64,000 nucleotides of DNA from Verrucomicrobiota bacterium (GTDB lineage Bacteria; Verrucomicrobiota; Verrucomicrobiia; Chthoniobacterales; JAFAMB01): contig JAFBAP010000159.1 of the NCBI GenBank assembly GCA_019247695.1, forward strand, positions 13,265 through 77,264, given 5' to 3'. Below the pieces are notes generated by a model, which was not told the origin of the DNA, made no database searches, and worked only from the letters and a program-made list of their open reading frames with translations. Both the position numbers and the translations under genes were made by a program. Position 1 is the stretch's first letter, and every line of letters begins with the position of its first letter. This document shows, piece after piece, positions 9,740 through 18,636 of the stretch.

Positions 9740-10300
9740 CCGGCAGAACCTAGCCCAGGGTTCCACCCTGGGAACCGCCCCTCATCCCGGTCGAGGCCTG
9801 AAGGGCCGGCAGAAGGCGTTTGCTACCTTTCTACCGCCCTTTCAGGGCTCAACGGCGTGGAGGATCCTTTTCCAGGGTAACCCCCCCTGCAATTTAGTTA
9901 AGGGCGGCAGGCCGGGCGTGGCCTTCGTCCCGGAGGGACGGCTGAGGTTAGGCAGGTACTTTAGTGCCTGTACCTGTGCGGGCGTTCCCCAGCGGTTGCG
10001 TCCCCTCGGGACGCCTGAAGCGGCGCGCCGGGCCAGGCGGGCATCAAAGGTGGGGAGACCTTCGGGTTTTTGGCGCCGAGGGTCGCGCCGGGTTTGGCCG
10101 GCCGCTTGGGAGTCGGAATCCTCCCGGGCAGCGTTTCAGGCGTCCCGACGGGACGCGATCCCTCTTAAATGCCCCCTCCAGGGACTGAAGTCCCTGGCTA
10201 CGATCAAGGGTCCCTGCGGGACGAAAGCGCCCCCATCCGCCGGCCTTGTATCCTTAACTAAATGGCAGTGGGGTTTACCCTGGGCTAAGTTCCCACGCCC
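9740..10300. repeat. nested imperfect palindrome made of REP-like hairpin units (GTCCC-N3-GGGAC, CCCAGGG-N5-CCCTGGG)
   Basis: Inverted pairs 9872-9939 / 10210-10283 and 9998-10022 / 10132-10156 share one symmetry centre near 10075. Four GTCCCnnnGGGAC hairpins are present. Neither this unit nor this pattern was seen elsewhere in the window. Confidence 0.85.
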
Positions 10301-10363
10301 CTTTGGGGCTAATATCCAGCATAAAAGTATTGTTGAGGCCCAAGCCAGGAAGGCGGGCGCCCG

Positions 10364-12028
10364 ATGAGTGCGGAAAATCACTCGAATTCCGGGCTTCACT
10401 CCGGAAATCCCGACGGCGCCCACGGCAAACTTTATCTCGTTTCCGTCGGTCCCGGTTTTCGCGAGTTGATTCCGCCGCTGGCCGAAGCGGCCTTGCGGAG
10501 CAGTGACGCCATCGTCGGGTACGACTTGTACCTGCGCTGGATCGGCGACTGGACGGCAGGCAAAGAAGTCCATACCCTGCCGCTCACGAAAGAAAAGGAA
10601 CGTGCCGCGCGTGCCATCGAAATGGCGCGAGCCGGCCGTTGCGTCAGCCTTGTGTCGAGCGGCGACGTCGGAATCTACGGCATGGCGGCGCTGGCCCTCG
10701 AGTTAATGGAGGAATCCGACGTTTTCGAGGTCGCGGTTGTGCCCGGCATCTCCGCGGCGAACAGTTGCGCATCCCTGCTCGGGTCGCCGCTGTCGCACGA
10801 TTACGCCACGCTCTCCCTTTCAGACCTGCTGTGTCCTTGGGAATGGATCGAGCAGCGCGCCCGGCAACTCGCGCGGGCGGACCTGGTCGTCGCGCTTTAC
10901 AATGTGCAGAGCCGCCAGCGCCGCGACGGCATTTACCGGGTACTGCGGCTGTTCAGGGAGCACAAGGCGCCCGGCACCTGGTGCGGCGTGGTTCGCAACG
11001 CTTACCGCGAAGATCAACAAATTTCGATCTGCACGCTGGAAGAACTCGCCGGACGCGCGTTCGACATGCTGACCACGATCATCGTCGGCAACCGTTTCAC
11101 CCGGCGCAAACGGCAGTTCCTGTACACGCCGCGCGGTTACCAGGCGTGGTCCGAAACCACAGCCGAACCCCCTGCCGCGTTCCCTCGAGGAAGCGTCTGG
11201 GTTTTCTCGGGCACAAGCGACGGCAACCAGCTTGCAAACGCCCTGGTCCGGGCCGGCTACCGCGTGGTCGTGTCGGTGGCATCCGGCTACGGGCGCGAAA
11301 CCGCAGCCGGCGCGGTGCCCGGAGCTGTGGTGCGATCCGGGCCGGTGGGGCCGGAAGTGCGCCGGCGCGAGTTGGTCGAGTCGGCGGCGGGGTCGGTAGT
11401 GGACGCCACCCACCCGTTTGCGGTCCGGATTTCGCAACAACTTATGGCGCTGTGCGAAGACACCGGAATTCCGTACCTGCGGTACGAGCGGCCACCCGCG
11501 CCGAGACCGGCAACTGCGCATTATTGCCGGTCAATGGACGAGGCCGCCCGAGTGGCGGCTCGCCTGGGACAGCGGGTCTTCCTTGCGGTCGGCGTTAAAG
11601 AGTTGGCTGCTTTCGTGGAAGCCCGGAGCGATCGGGACTGGTTCGTGCGCGTCACGCCGGACGCTGCTTCGATCGATCGGGCGGTCAGCCTCGGCGTGCC
11701 GCGGGCGCGGATCTGCGCCATGCAGGGCCCCTTCTCCCGCGCATTCAACGAGGCGCTCTGGGCCGGCTGGCAGATCGATTGCGTGGTTACCAAAGATTCC
11801 GGCGAGGCCGGCGGCTTCAACGCCAAAGCCGAAGCCGCCGCCGTGCTGAAGATCCCGCTGGTGGTCGTCGAGCGGCCCACGCTGCGGTACCCGTTCGTCG
11901 CGCACGATTTTACCGGTATCCTCAAAAGGCTGGACGACCTCGCCTCGGACCAAGCGGCAGGCCTCAGTGCACCGCCTCAAGCCCCGGCCCGCCTTCATCC
12001 CCTTCCACCTTCACTCCCGTCATCATGA
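10364..12028 (+). CDS. cbiH-cbiJ: fusion protein: precorrin-3B C17-methyltransferase CbiH/CobJ plus precorrin-6x reductase CbiJ/CobK
   Basis: The N-terminal half has 'LYLVSVGPGFRELIP', 'VSLVSSGDVGIYGMA' and 'VPGISAANS'. The C-terminal half has 'VWVFSGTSDGNQLA', 'VVDATHPFAVRISQ' and 'VVTKDSGEAGG'. Confidence 0.8.
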   Translation: MSAENHSNSGLHSGNPDGAHGKLYLVSVGPGFRELIPPLAEAALRSSDAIVGYDLYLRWIGDWTAGKEVHTLPLTKEKERAARAIEMARAGRCVSLVSSGDVGIYGMAALALELMEESDVFEVAVVPGISAANSCASLLGSPLSHDYATLSLSDLLCPWEWIEQRARQLARADLVVALYNVQSRQRRDGIYRVLRLFREHKAPGTWCGVVRNAYREDQQISICTLEELAGRAFDMLTTIIVGNRFTRRKRQFLYTPRGYQAWSETTAEPPAAFPRGSVWVFSGTSDGNQLANALVRAGYRVVVSVASGYGRETAAGAVPGAVVRSGPVGPEVRRRELVESAAGSVVDATHPFAVRISQQLMALCEDTGIPYLRYERPPAPRPATAHYCRSMDEAARVAARLGQRVFLAVGVKELAAFVEARSDRDWFVRVTPDAASIDRAVSLGVPRARICAMQGPFSRAFNEALWAGWQIDCVVTKDSGEAGGFNAKAEAAAVLKIPLVVVERPTLRYPFVAHDFTGILKRLDDLASDQAAGLSAPPQAPARLHPLPPSLPSS

Positions 12029-13200
12029 CAAGAATCCCTGTGACCATCATCACCGGTTTCCTCGGCTCGGGGAAAACGACCCTGATTTGCAACCTCTTGA
12101 AACAGACGCCGGATCGCCGCCTGGCCGTGCTTGTGAACGAGTTCGGCGAGGTGTCGGTCGACGGCGCACTCCTGCGCAGCGCGGGGGACGGCTGCCGGAT
12201 TGAAGTGCATGATCTGCCGAACGGCTGCATCTGCTGCACGGTGAGGGATGATTTCCTGCCGATCATGCAGGCGCTGCAGGAACGCAAGCACGAGGTCGAC
12301 CACGTTCTGATCGAAACATCCGGCCTGGCGCTGCCGGCGCCGGTCATGCGGGCGTTATCCTGGCCGGAAATACGAAACGATTTTCAATTGGATGCAGTGC
12401 TGGCCGTGGTGGACACCCCGCAGCTCCTGGCCGGCCGTTTCGAAAACGGCACGCCGATCCCCGGCGCTGAAGCGTCCGAGGCACCGGTTCACCTCGCCTC
12501 AACGGACGCGATCCTCAACCAGCAACTCGAAAACGCGGACGTCGCCATTCTTAACAAAATCGATGACCTTTCAGAGGATCACCTGATCCAGGCGGAGGAA
12601 ATGGTTCGCCGGAAAGCCGGCCGGCTTCGATTCATCGAACTGGCGTATCAGGCGGAACTCGACACCCGGCTCTGCATGGGGCTGAACCTCCACGAGGAAG
12701 AAGGGCCCGCGAACGGGCATCCTCCCTCACACCATCATGATCACGGCCACGGCCATGACGATCATCACGGCCCCGTGCAGGTGACTCCGGTGGAAGGCGA
12801 CGCGCCGCTGGCCGACCAGCACCAGTTCGACGGCCACACGCACAGCGGGCTGAGCGCACACACCCATGGTGAAGGCACCCACGAACACTTCCACGCGCAC
12901 GATCCCGGCTGGCAATCCTTCGTCCTCCATTCGCACCAGGCGCAGCAGCCGGAACGGCTGAGGGACGCCGTCCGCGAGGTTACGGCTCGGGAACCGATCC
13001 TGCGTGCGAAAGGTTTTGCCCGCGTGGAAGGCAAACCCCACCGGCTCGTGCTCCAGGCGGTGCGCAACCGCGTGCAGGCCTATTTCGGCAAAGAGCATGC
13101 TGCTGACGCGGAGTCCAGCGTGGTCTTTATCGGCTACCACCCCAGCCGCGAGCGCGCAATCCGTCTGATGCGCGAATTGACCGGCTCGGACTGGCACTGA
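12025..13200 (+). CDS. cobW: CobW-type G3E-family metallochaperone GTPase with a His-rich insert
   Basis: ATGA overlap with cbiH-cbiJ. P-loop 'ITGFLGSGKTTL', metal motif 'GCICCT', 'IETSGLALP', 'LNKID'. The His-rich stretch is 'HPPSHHHDHGHGHDDHHG...HTHSGLSAHTHGEGTHEHFHAHD'. Confidence 0.8.
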   Translation: MTRIPVTIITGFLGSGKTTLICNLLKQTPDRRLAVLVNEFGEVSVDGALLRSAGDGCRIEVHDLPNGCICCTVRDDFLPIMQALQERKHEVDHVLIETSGLALPAPVMRALSWPEIRNDFQLDAVLAVVDTPQLLAGRFENGTPIPGAEASEAPVHLASTDAILNQQLENADVAILNKIDDLSEDHLIQAEEMVRRKAGRLRFIELAYQAELDTRLCMGLNLHEEEGPANGHPPSHHHDHGHGHDDHHGPVQVTPVEGDAPLADQHQFDGHTHSGLSAHTHGEGTHEHFHAHDPGWQSFVLHSHQAQQPERLRDAVREVTAREPILRAKGFARVEGKPHRLVLQAVRNRVQAYFGKEHAADAESSVVFIGYHPSRERAIRLMRELTGSDWH

Positions 13201-13234
13201 CCGGCACGAGATTTCAGCCCGTCTGTCTGCCGGC

Positions 13235-16200
13235 ATGCATTGGACTAATAGCCAGGGGGGCGGCCTCGACGCCGAACGCGAGCTCATCCTCATCGACCAG
13301 ACGCCAGGGGAAATCGTCTTTCTCAGCGCTGCCGATACCGACCTCGCCTGCGTCGCCGGCACTTGGTACCAGCGGTTTGGCGCCCGGTTGCGGATCGCGC
13401 AGGCGGCACCGCTGCGCCAACCGGTGGCGGCCGACGATTACGTCGAAAAAGTACTCCGCCATGCCCGGGTGGTCGTGGCGCGGCTGCTCGGCGGCGAAGG
13501 CTATTTCCCTCATCTCCTGCAAGCGCTCGCCGGTTTGCGCGACGAAACCGTCCGTCCGAAGCTGATCCTGCTCTCCGGAACCGACACCCCGGATGAAACC
13601 CTGACGGCCCTCAGCGATTTTCCCCCCGCGATTTGCGACCGCATGTTTGAGTTTTTTAAACATGGGGGCCGGGAAAACCTCGCCCGGGCCGCAGAGGCAC
13701 TGGACGCGCTGCTCGCAGGCGGAGGTATCTCCTTGCCCGAGGCCGTGCCCATGCCGGAAAGCGGGATTTATTGCCGTTCAGGCCTGGCGAACCCCATGCG
13801 CGCGTGGGTTTGCTTTTACCGGGCCTGGCATCAGACCGGGGATCTCGCGGTGGTCGATGCGCTCCAGACCGCCCTCGAGGAGAAAGGCTTCGCGGTGACT
13901 TCGTTTTTCACGTTTTCTCTGCGTTCGCCTCGCGCCCAACGGCAATTGCTGGACCTGGCGACCGGCTCCGCCCCGGACATCATCCTGACGATGCAAAGCT
14001 TCTCCATCTGCCCCGACGCAGACGAACGGTTGTCGTTCCTCGAGCAGATCGGCTGCCCGGTCTTGCAGGCGCCCGTCAGCGCAAATGGACGCGAGACGTG
14101 GCTCGTCCGACCGGCCGGCCTGCCGCCCGCGGAGGTCGCGATGAACGTCGCATTGCCGGAGATTGATGGACGGGTGTTCGGTTGCCTGACCGGATTCAAG
14201 GAGAACGATCGCACCATTGCCGCGCTGGAATTTACCCTGAAGCGCCTGGAGCCGGACCTCGAGCAGCTGAATTTTGCGGTTGAACAAGCCTGCCGGTGGG
14301 CGCGGCTGCGGCGTAAAGTTAATGCGGAAAAGAAGGTCGCCCTGATCCTCTCCAACTACCCGAACCGCGACGGGCGAATCGGTAACGGCGTGGGGCTTGA
14401 TACCCCCGCCAGCGCCTTGAAGCTGCTGCAAGCGCTTCGCGAAGACGGCTACGCGGTTGGACCATTGCCCGAATCCCCGGACGAACTGATGCAATGGCTG
14501 CGCGCAGGTCCGACCAACGACCCGGAGCAGTCGTACGGCAAAACTGCAGCCCTGGCTTTCCCAGCGGGGAAGCTCCGGGCTGCGCTGGAAGGTCTGCCGC
14601 CGGCCCGGGCGGCGGAATTGCGCAAACATTGGCCCGAGGAGATAGGCGGAGAGGACGCGCCGGTGGCCGGCGTGCAGCTTGGCAATGTCTTCATCGGGAT
14701 TCAACCGCCGCGTGGATTCGGTCTGCAAACGCAGGCGGTTTATCACAGCCCCGATCTCCCCCCGCCCCCGCAGTATCTGGCATTTTACCTCTGGATCCGG
14801 GAAGAGTTCCGCGCCGATGCGGTGGTGCACCTCGGCAAACATGGCAACCTCGAATGGCTGCCGGGTCGCAGCGTGGGCCTTGGCCCGGATGATTACCCCA
14901 GGATCTGTCTCGGGCCGTTGCCGTTGATCTATCCGTTCATCGTAAACAATCCCGGTGAAGGCGCCCAGGCCAAACGCCGGTCCGCAGCCGTGATCATCGA
15001 TCACCTGACGCCCCCGATCGTTCGGGCGGGTCTCTATGCCGAGTTGGAAAAAATGGAGCGTTTGCTCGAGGAGTACGCTCACAGCATGACCTTGTATCCG
15101 CCGCGTGCGGCGGAGATCCGGCGCCGGATCGAGGGCCTGCTTGCTTCGGTGGCGTGGAGGGATGAGCTGCCCGCGGCCGGTTCGCGCCTCGAGGCGATCG
15201 GCAATTTTCTGTGCGAACTCAAGGAAAGCCAGATCCGGTCCGGGCTGCACATCCTCGGCGAAGCGCCCACGGGCGAAAAAGAAATCGATTTCCTGCTGAG
15301 CCTGCTGCGGACGCCGCTGCCCGTTCCGGGTGCGCCCGATGCGAAAGCGCTCGGTCTGCTCGAACTTTTGCACGGCGCGACGGAGCCCTTGGACCCGCTC
15401 ACGCTGTCCGCGGCGGAACGCGATGCCCTGGAAAGCCGGGCGCATGAATGGGTGCGCAGCGCGTGCAAGCAACCACCCGAGACGCCTGCCGAGAGTGATG
15501 AAACCGACGGCCTTCGTAACCTGCGGCGGATGGTCCGGCAACGGCTCCGGCCGCGCCTGGCGCAGTGCGGCCAGGAAATCTCAAACGTGCTCAGGGCCCT
15601 CAGCGGCAGGTTCATAGCCCCGGGACCGGCGGGTGCGCCGACCCGGGGACGGCTCGACGTGCTGCCGACCGGGCGGAATTTTTTCTCGCTCGATCCCCGG
15701 ATCATCCCGACACCGACCGCTTGGCGTTGCGGGCGGACGCTGGGCGATCTGCTGTTGGAACGGCACCGGCAAATGCACGGCGAATACCCGCGGAAGGTCG
15801 CCCTGGTGTTGTGGGGCACTTCAAACATGCGGACCGGAGGCGACGACATCGCACAGGCGCTCTGGCTGTGGGGTTGCGAACCCGTTTGGGAGGAAGCGTC
15901 GGGCCGCGTCGTCGATTTTCGGATTCTCCCGGCGAGCTTGCTCGGCCGGCCGCGCGTGGACCTGCTGTTGCGCGTGTCCGGGCTGTTCCGTGACGCCTTT
16001 GGGGACGCGATGCGCCTCCTGGCCACGGTGCCGAAACGCCTCGCCGAACTCGACGAACCGGCCGAGGTTAACCCGGTCCGGGAGGCTTGGCTGCGCGACC
16101 GTGCCTTGCTCGTCGGGCAGGGCGTCGCACCGCGAGAAGCCGGGCGCCGCGCCTGCCTGCGCGTTTTCAGTTCCGGACCCGGCTGTTATGGGGCGGGTTT

Positions 16201-16870
16201 GCTGCCCCTCCTGGACGGCGGCAACTGGGAAACCCGTGAAGACATCGCAAACGTTTTCTGCCGCTGGGGCGGCCATGCGTACGACAGTGCCGGGCAGGCC
16301 GAGGATCAGCGCTCGTTGCTCGAATGGCGGCTGCGCGAGATCGAAGTCGTCCACCAGAACCAGGACAATGCCGAGCACGATGTGCTCGATTCGGATGACT
16401 ATTTCCAATTCCAGGGCGGGCTGCGGGCGGCGGTTGAGGCCGTTCGCGGCAAAGCACCGGCAACTTATCACGGTGATTCGAGCAGGCCCGAACGGCCCAA
16501 GGTGCGCGCGCTCCGGGAGGAACTCGTCCGGGTGATCCGTGCCCGCGTCCTGAACCCCCGCTGGATCGAAGCCATGCGGCGGCACGGCTACAAAGGCGCC
16601 TTCGAGTTCGCCGCGACGGTCGATTATTTATTCGGGTACGGCGCCACCACGGGCCTGGTCTCGGATCATCACTATGAAGAGGTCGCGCGTACCCTGCTGC
16701 TGGCGCCGGCCCAGAAGGAGTTCTTTTCCCGGCATAACCCGGAAGCCCTGAAGGAGGCGGCGGAGCGCCTTCTCGAAGCGAAGGAACGCGGCGTCTGGCG
16801 CTCGCCCTCTCCAGACACCGTCGCCGAACTTGAAGCCACGGTGCTGGAGATCGGAGGGCAATTGGAGTAA
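13235..16870 (+). CDS. cobN: cobaltochelatase large subunit CobN (CobN/Mg-chelatase H family)
   Basis: A 1211-aa ORF with CobN-family blocks 'ILSNYPNRDGRIGNGVGLDTPAS', 'HLGKHGNLEWLPG', 'DVLPTGRNFFS' and 'WGTSNMRTGGDD'. It follows cobW. Confidence 0.85.
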   Translation: MHWTNSQGGGLDAERELILIDQTPGEIVFLSAADTDLACVAGTWYQRFGARLRIAQAAPLRQPVAADDYVEKVLRHARVVVARLLGGEGYFPHLLQALAGLRDETVRPKLILLSGTDTPDETLTALSDFPPAICDRMFEFFKHGGRENLARAAEALDALLAGGGISLPEAVPMPESGIYCRSGLANPMRAWVCFYRAWHQTGDLAVVDALQTALEEKGFAVTSFFTFSLRSPRAQRQLLDLATGSAPDIILTMQSFSICPDADERLSFLEQIGCPVLQAPVSANGRETWLVRPAGLPPAEVAMNVALPEIDGRVFGCLTGFKENDRTIAALEFTLKRLEPDLEQLNFAVEQACRWARLRRKVNAEKKVALILSNYPNRDGRIGNGVGLDTPASALKLLQALREDGYAVGPLPESPDELMQWLRAGPTNDPEQSYGKTAALAFPAGKLRAALEGLPPARAAELRKHWPEEIGGEDAPVAGVQLGNVFIGIQPPRGFGLQTQAVYHSPDLPPPPQYLAFYLWIREEFRADAVVHLGKHGNLEWLPGRSVGLGPDDYPRICLGPLPLIYPFIVNNPGEGAQAKRRSAAVIIDHLTPPIVRAGLYAELEKMERLLEEYAHSMTLYPPRAAEIRRRIEGLLASVAWRDELPAAGSRLEAIGNFLCELKESQIRSGLHILGEAPTGEKEIDFLLSLLRTPLPVPGAPDAKALGLLELLHGATEPLDPLTLSAAERDALESRAHEWVRSACKQPPETPAESDETDGLRNLRRMVRQRLRPRLAQCGQEISNVLRALSGRFIAPGPAGAPTRGRLDVLPTGRNFFSLDPRIIPTPTAWRCGRTLGDLLLERHRQMHGEYPRKVALVLWGTSNMRTGGDDIAQALWLWGCEPVWEEASGRVVDFRILPASLLGRPRVDLLLRVSGLFRDAFGDAMRLLATVPKRLAELDEPAEVNPVREAWLRDRALLVGQGVAPREAGRRACLRVFSSGPGCYGAGLLPLLDGGNWETREDIANVFCRWGGHAYDSAGQAEDQRSLLEWRLREIEVVHQNQDNAEHDVLDSDDYFQFQGGLRAAVEAVRGKAPATYHGDSSRPERPKVRALREELVRVIRARVLNPRWIEAMRRHGYKGAFEFAATVDYLFGYGATTGLVSDHHYEEVARTLLLAPAQKEFFSRHNPEALKEAAERLLEAKERGVWRSPSPDTVAELEATVLEIGGQLE

Positions 16871-16926
16871 GGACCTGAACGCAAAACGTTCCGCGACGCG
16901 ACCGGCGCCCAAAGAAAATCACCCTC

Positions 16927-18636
16927 ATGGATGCTACGCTCCGTTTCCCATTTGTGGCCATCGTCGGAATGGACCTGGCAAAAAGATCGCTGATCTATCA
17001 CGCGATCGACCCGCGGATCGGTGGGGTGCTGCTGCTCGGGCCGCGGGGGAGCGCCAAGACCACGCTCGCCCGCGGCGCGGCCGAATTGTTTAGCACGGCG
17101 CAGGGCGAGCCGGCACCATTTGTCGAGGTCCCGCTCGGAACGACGGAGGATCGCCTGCTCGGTTCCGTGGACGCCGAAGCCCTGGTCGAAGCGGGCCGCT
17201 GGTCGCACCGGCCCGGGCTGCTGGAACAGGCCAACCAGGGGTTGCTCTACATCGACGAAATCAACCTGCTGCCCGATCCCTTGTCCGACCTCCTGCTGGA
17301 CTCCGCCGCAACCGGGTTCCACCGCGTTGAGCGCGAGGGATTCAGCCGCACCGTCGAGAGCCGTTACGTCCTGGTCGGAACCATGAACCCGGATGAGGGC
17401 GATTTACGGCCGCAACTCGCGGACCGGTTTGCGCACGGGGTGCGCATTCAAACGCAATGGACGGAACCGGAACGCGTCGAGATCGTGGCGCGCCGGATGG
17501 AATTTGACGACGCGCCGGGGCCGTTCCTGGAGCGTTTTGCTGAACCGGCCCGGGCGCTCAGCGCCCGTATTCGCGAGGCGCGTAAAGCCGTTCGTTCCGT
17601 AACGATCACCGACGCCCAAAGGCGATCGGTTGCCCAACGCGCCGGCCAATTGCGGCTCGAGGGTCTCCGCGCCGAACTGGCCGTGCTGCGAACCGCGCGC
17701 TCCGCGGCCGCTTTCCAGGGCCGGCGGGAACTGTCCCCCGGCGATCTCGAGGAAGCGTGGGAACTCTGTCTGGGGCACCGGGAGCATCCGGACCGTCCCG
17801 GCACGGCGCCCCCCCCGCGGCCGCCCTCGCATTCCGAAAAGAGCAGTTTCCGGCAAACCGGCCCCGCAACCTCGATCTTGCCGGCTGAAGCCCGCCCTGA
17901 GCCGATCACCTTACCGCCACCGAGGCCGGACGGCCATGCCGGTTTGCAGGACTGGTTCACCACGGCGGTCGCCTTTAGCCGTCGCATGCGCCGTGCCCGG
18001 TGTCCCGGTCCGGCCGAAGGGACCACGCGGGGATCGATCAACTGGATCGCCTCACTTCTCGCCACGCGAATCCGGGCCGGTTCGCAGAAAAAGCCGCGCC
18101 GTTGGGTGTTGCGGACCCGAACTGCCGGACGCCGGACCGGTGTCTGGATCTTTCTGGACGCCAGCCGCTCAACCGGGGTCGGGCATTTCCTCCAGCGCGC
18201 CTGCGGACGGCTTGTTCCCGTGGTAAAATCAAAGGCCGGCCTCGGGGTTCGATTTCACGTCCTGCTGCTGCATGACGGCGCCACGCGGTGGCTCGTCCGA
18301 GACGGGTCCGCGACACGCACCCAAAGCCGGCTGCTTACCTTGGGCCAGGCCGCCGGTAAAAGTCGCCTGACCGAGGCGTTGAACGCGCTGCGGCGAACGC
18401 AGCACCGGCGGCGCGACGCCGGATACGATCCGTTGATTATCCTCTCCGACGGTTTTCTCAGCCCGCGGCCGGGGGAAAACCCGGGTCGGGCCGTGCAACG
18501 CTTCCGCACTATGCTGGTATCCCTGACCGCAAAACGTAAAACGGCATGGCTGCATCCCGTGCCTAAACGCAGCGCGGCAACCTGGTTGCCGCGTCTCACG
18601 GCCGGATGCGACGTGCAGCCTTATGAAATCCGGTGA
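16927..18636 (+). CDS. chelatase ATPase subunit, ChlI/ChlD-type fusion (AAA+ domain, Pro-rich linker, vWA domain); probable CobN partner
   Basis: Walker A 'LLGPRGSAKTT', 'LLYIDEINLL', 'VGTMNPDEGDLRPQLADRF', linker 'PGTAPPPRPPSH', and a vWA/MIDAS-like 'VWIFLDASRSTG'. Confidence 0.75.
   Translation: MDATLRFPFVAIVGMDLAKRSLIYHAIDPRIGGVLLLGPRGSAKTTLARGAAELFSTAQGEPAPFVEVPLGTTEDRLLGSVDAEALVEAGRWSHRPGLLEQANQGLLYIDEINLLPDPLSDLLLDSAATGFHRVEREGFSRTVESRYVLVGTMNPDEGDLRPQLADRFAHGVRIQTQWTEPERVEIVARRMEFDDAPGPFLERFAEPARALSARIREARKAVRSVTITDAQRRSVAQRAGQLRLEGLRAELAVLRTARSAAAFQGRRELSPGDLEEAWELCLGHREHPDRPGTAPPPRPPSHSEKSSFRQTGPATSILPAEARPEPITLPPPRPDGHAGLQDWFTTAVAFSRRMRRARCPGPAEGTTRGSINWIASLLATRIRAGSQKKPRRWVLRTRTAGRRTGVWIFLDASRSTGVGHFLQRACGRLVPVVKSKAGLGVRFHVLLLHDGATRWLVRDGSATRTQSRLLTLGQAAGKSRLTEALNALRRTQHRRRDAGYDPLIILSDGFLSPRPGENPGRAVQRFRTMLVSLTAKRKTAWLHPVPKRSAATWLPRLTAGCDVQPYEIR

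Noticed and set aside
9564-10367. A 267-aa ORF filling the cbiG-cbiH gap, plus the 145-aa antisense ORF at 10136..10573.
   Set aside because: The sequence is a nested palindrome of hairpin units. The peptide ('LKGRQKAF...PFQGS...LQGLKSLATIKGPCGTK') is the kind of pseudo-protein produced by REP-like repeats. There is no RBS or domain-like motif.
12727-13362. A 211-aa antisense ORF across the cobW 3' end and the cobN start, containing a His/Val-rich tail.
   Set aside because: It mirrors the His-rich codons of cobW (CAC/CAT read in reverse as GTG/ATG), and both sense genes are well supported.
13778-15541. A 587-aa ORF antisense to cobN, and the other long antisense ORFs at 23017..24186, 25617..26861, 27242..28453, 40556..41881, 32306..33364, 53313..54332, 50519..51502, 60701..61429 and 7040..7720.
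   Set aside because: Each lies opposite a gene with strong family motifs. Their products are Arg/Pro/Gly-rich, as expected for antisense frames in high-GC DNA, and carry no recognisable motifs.
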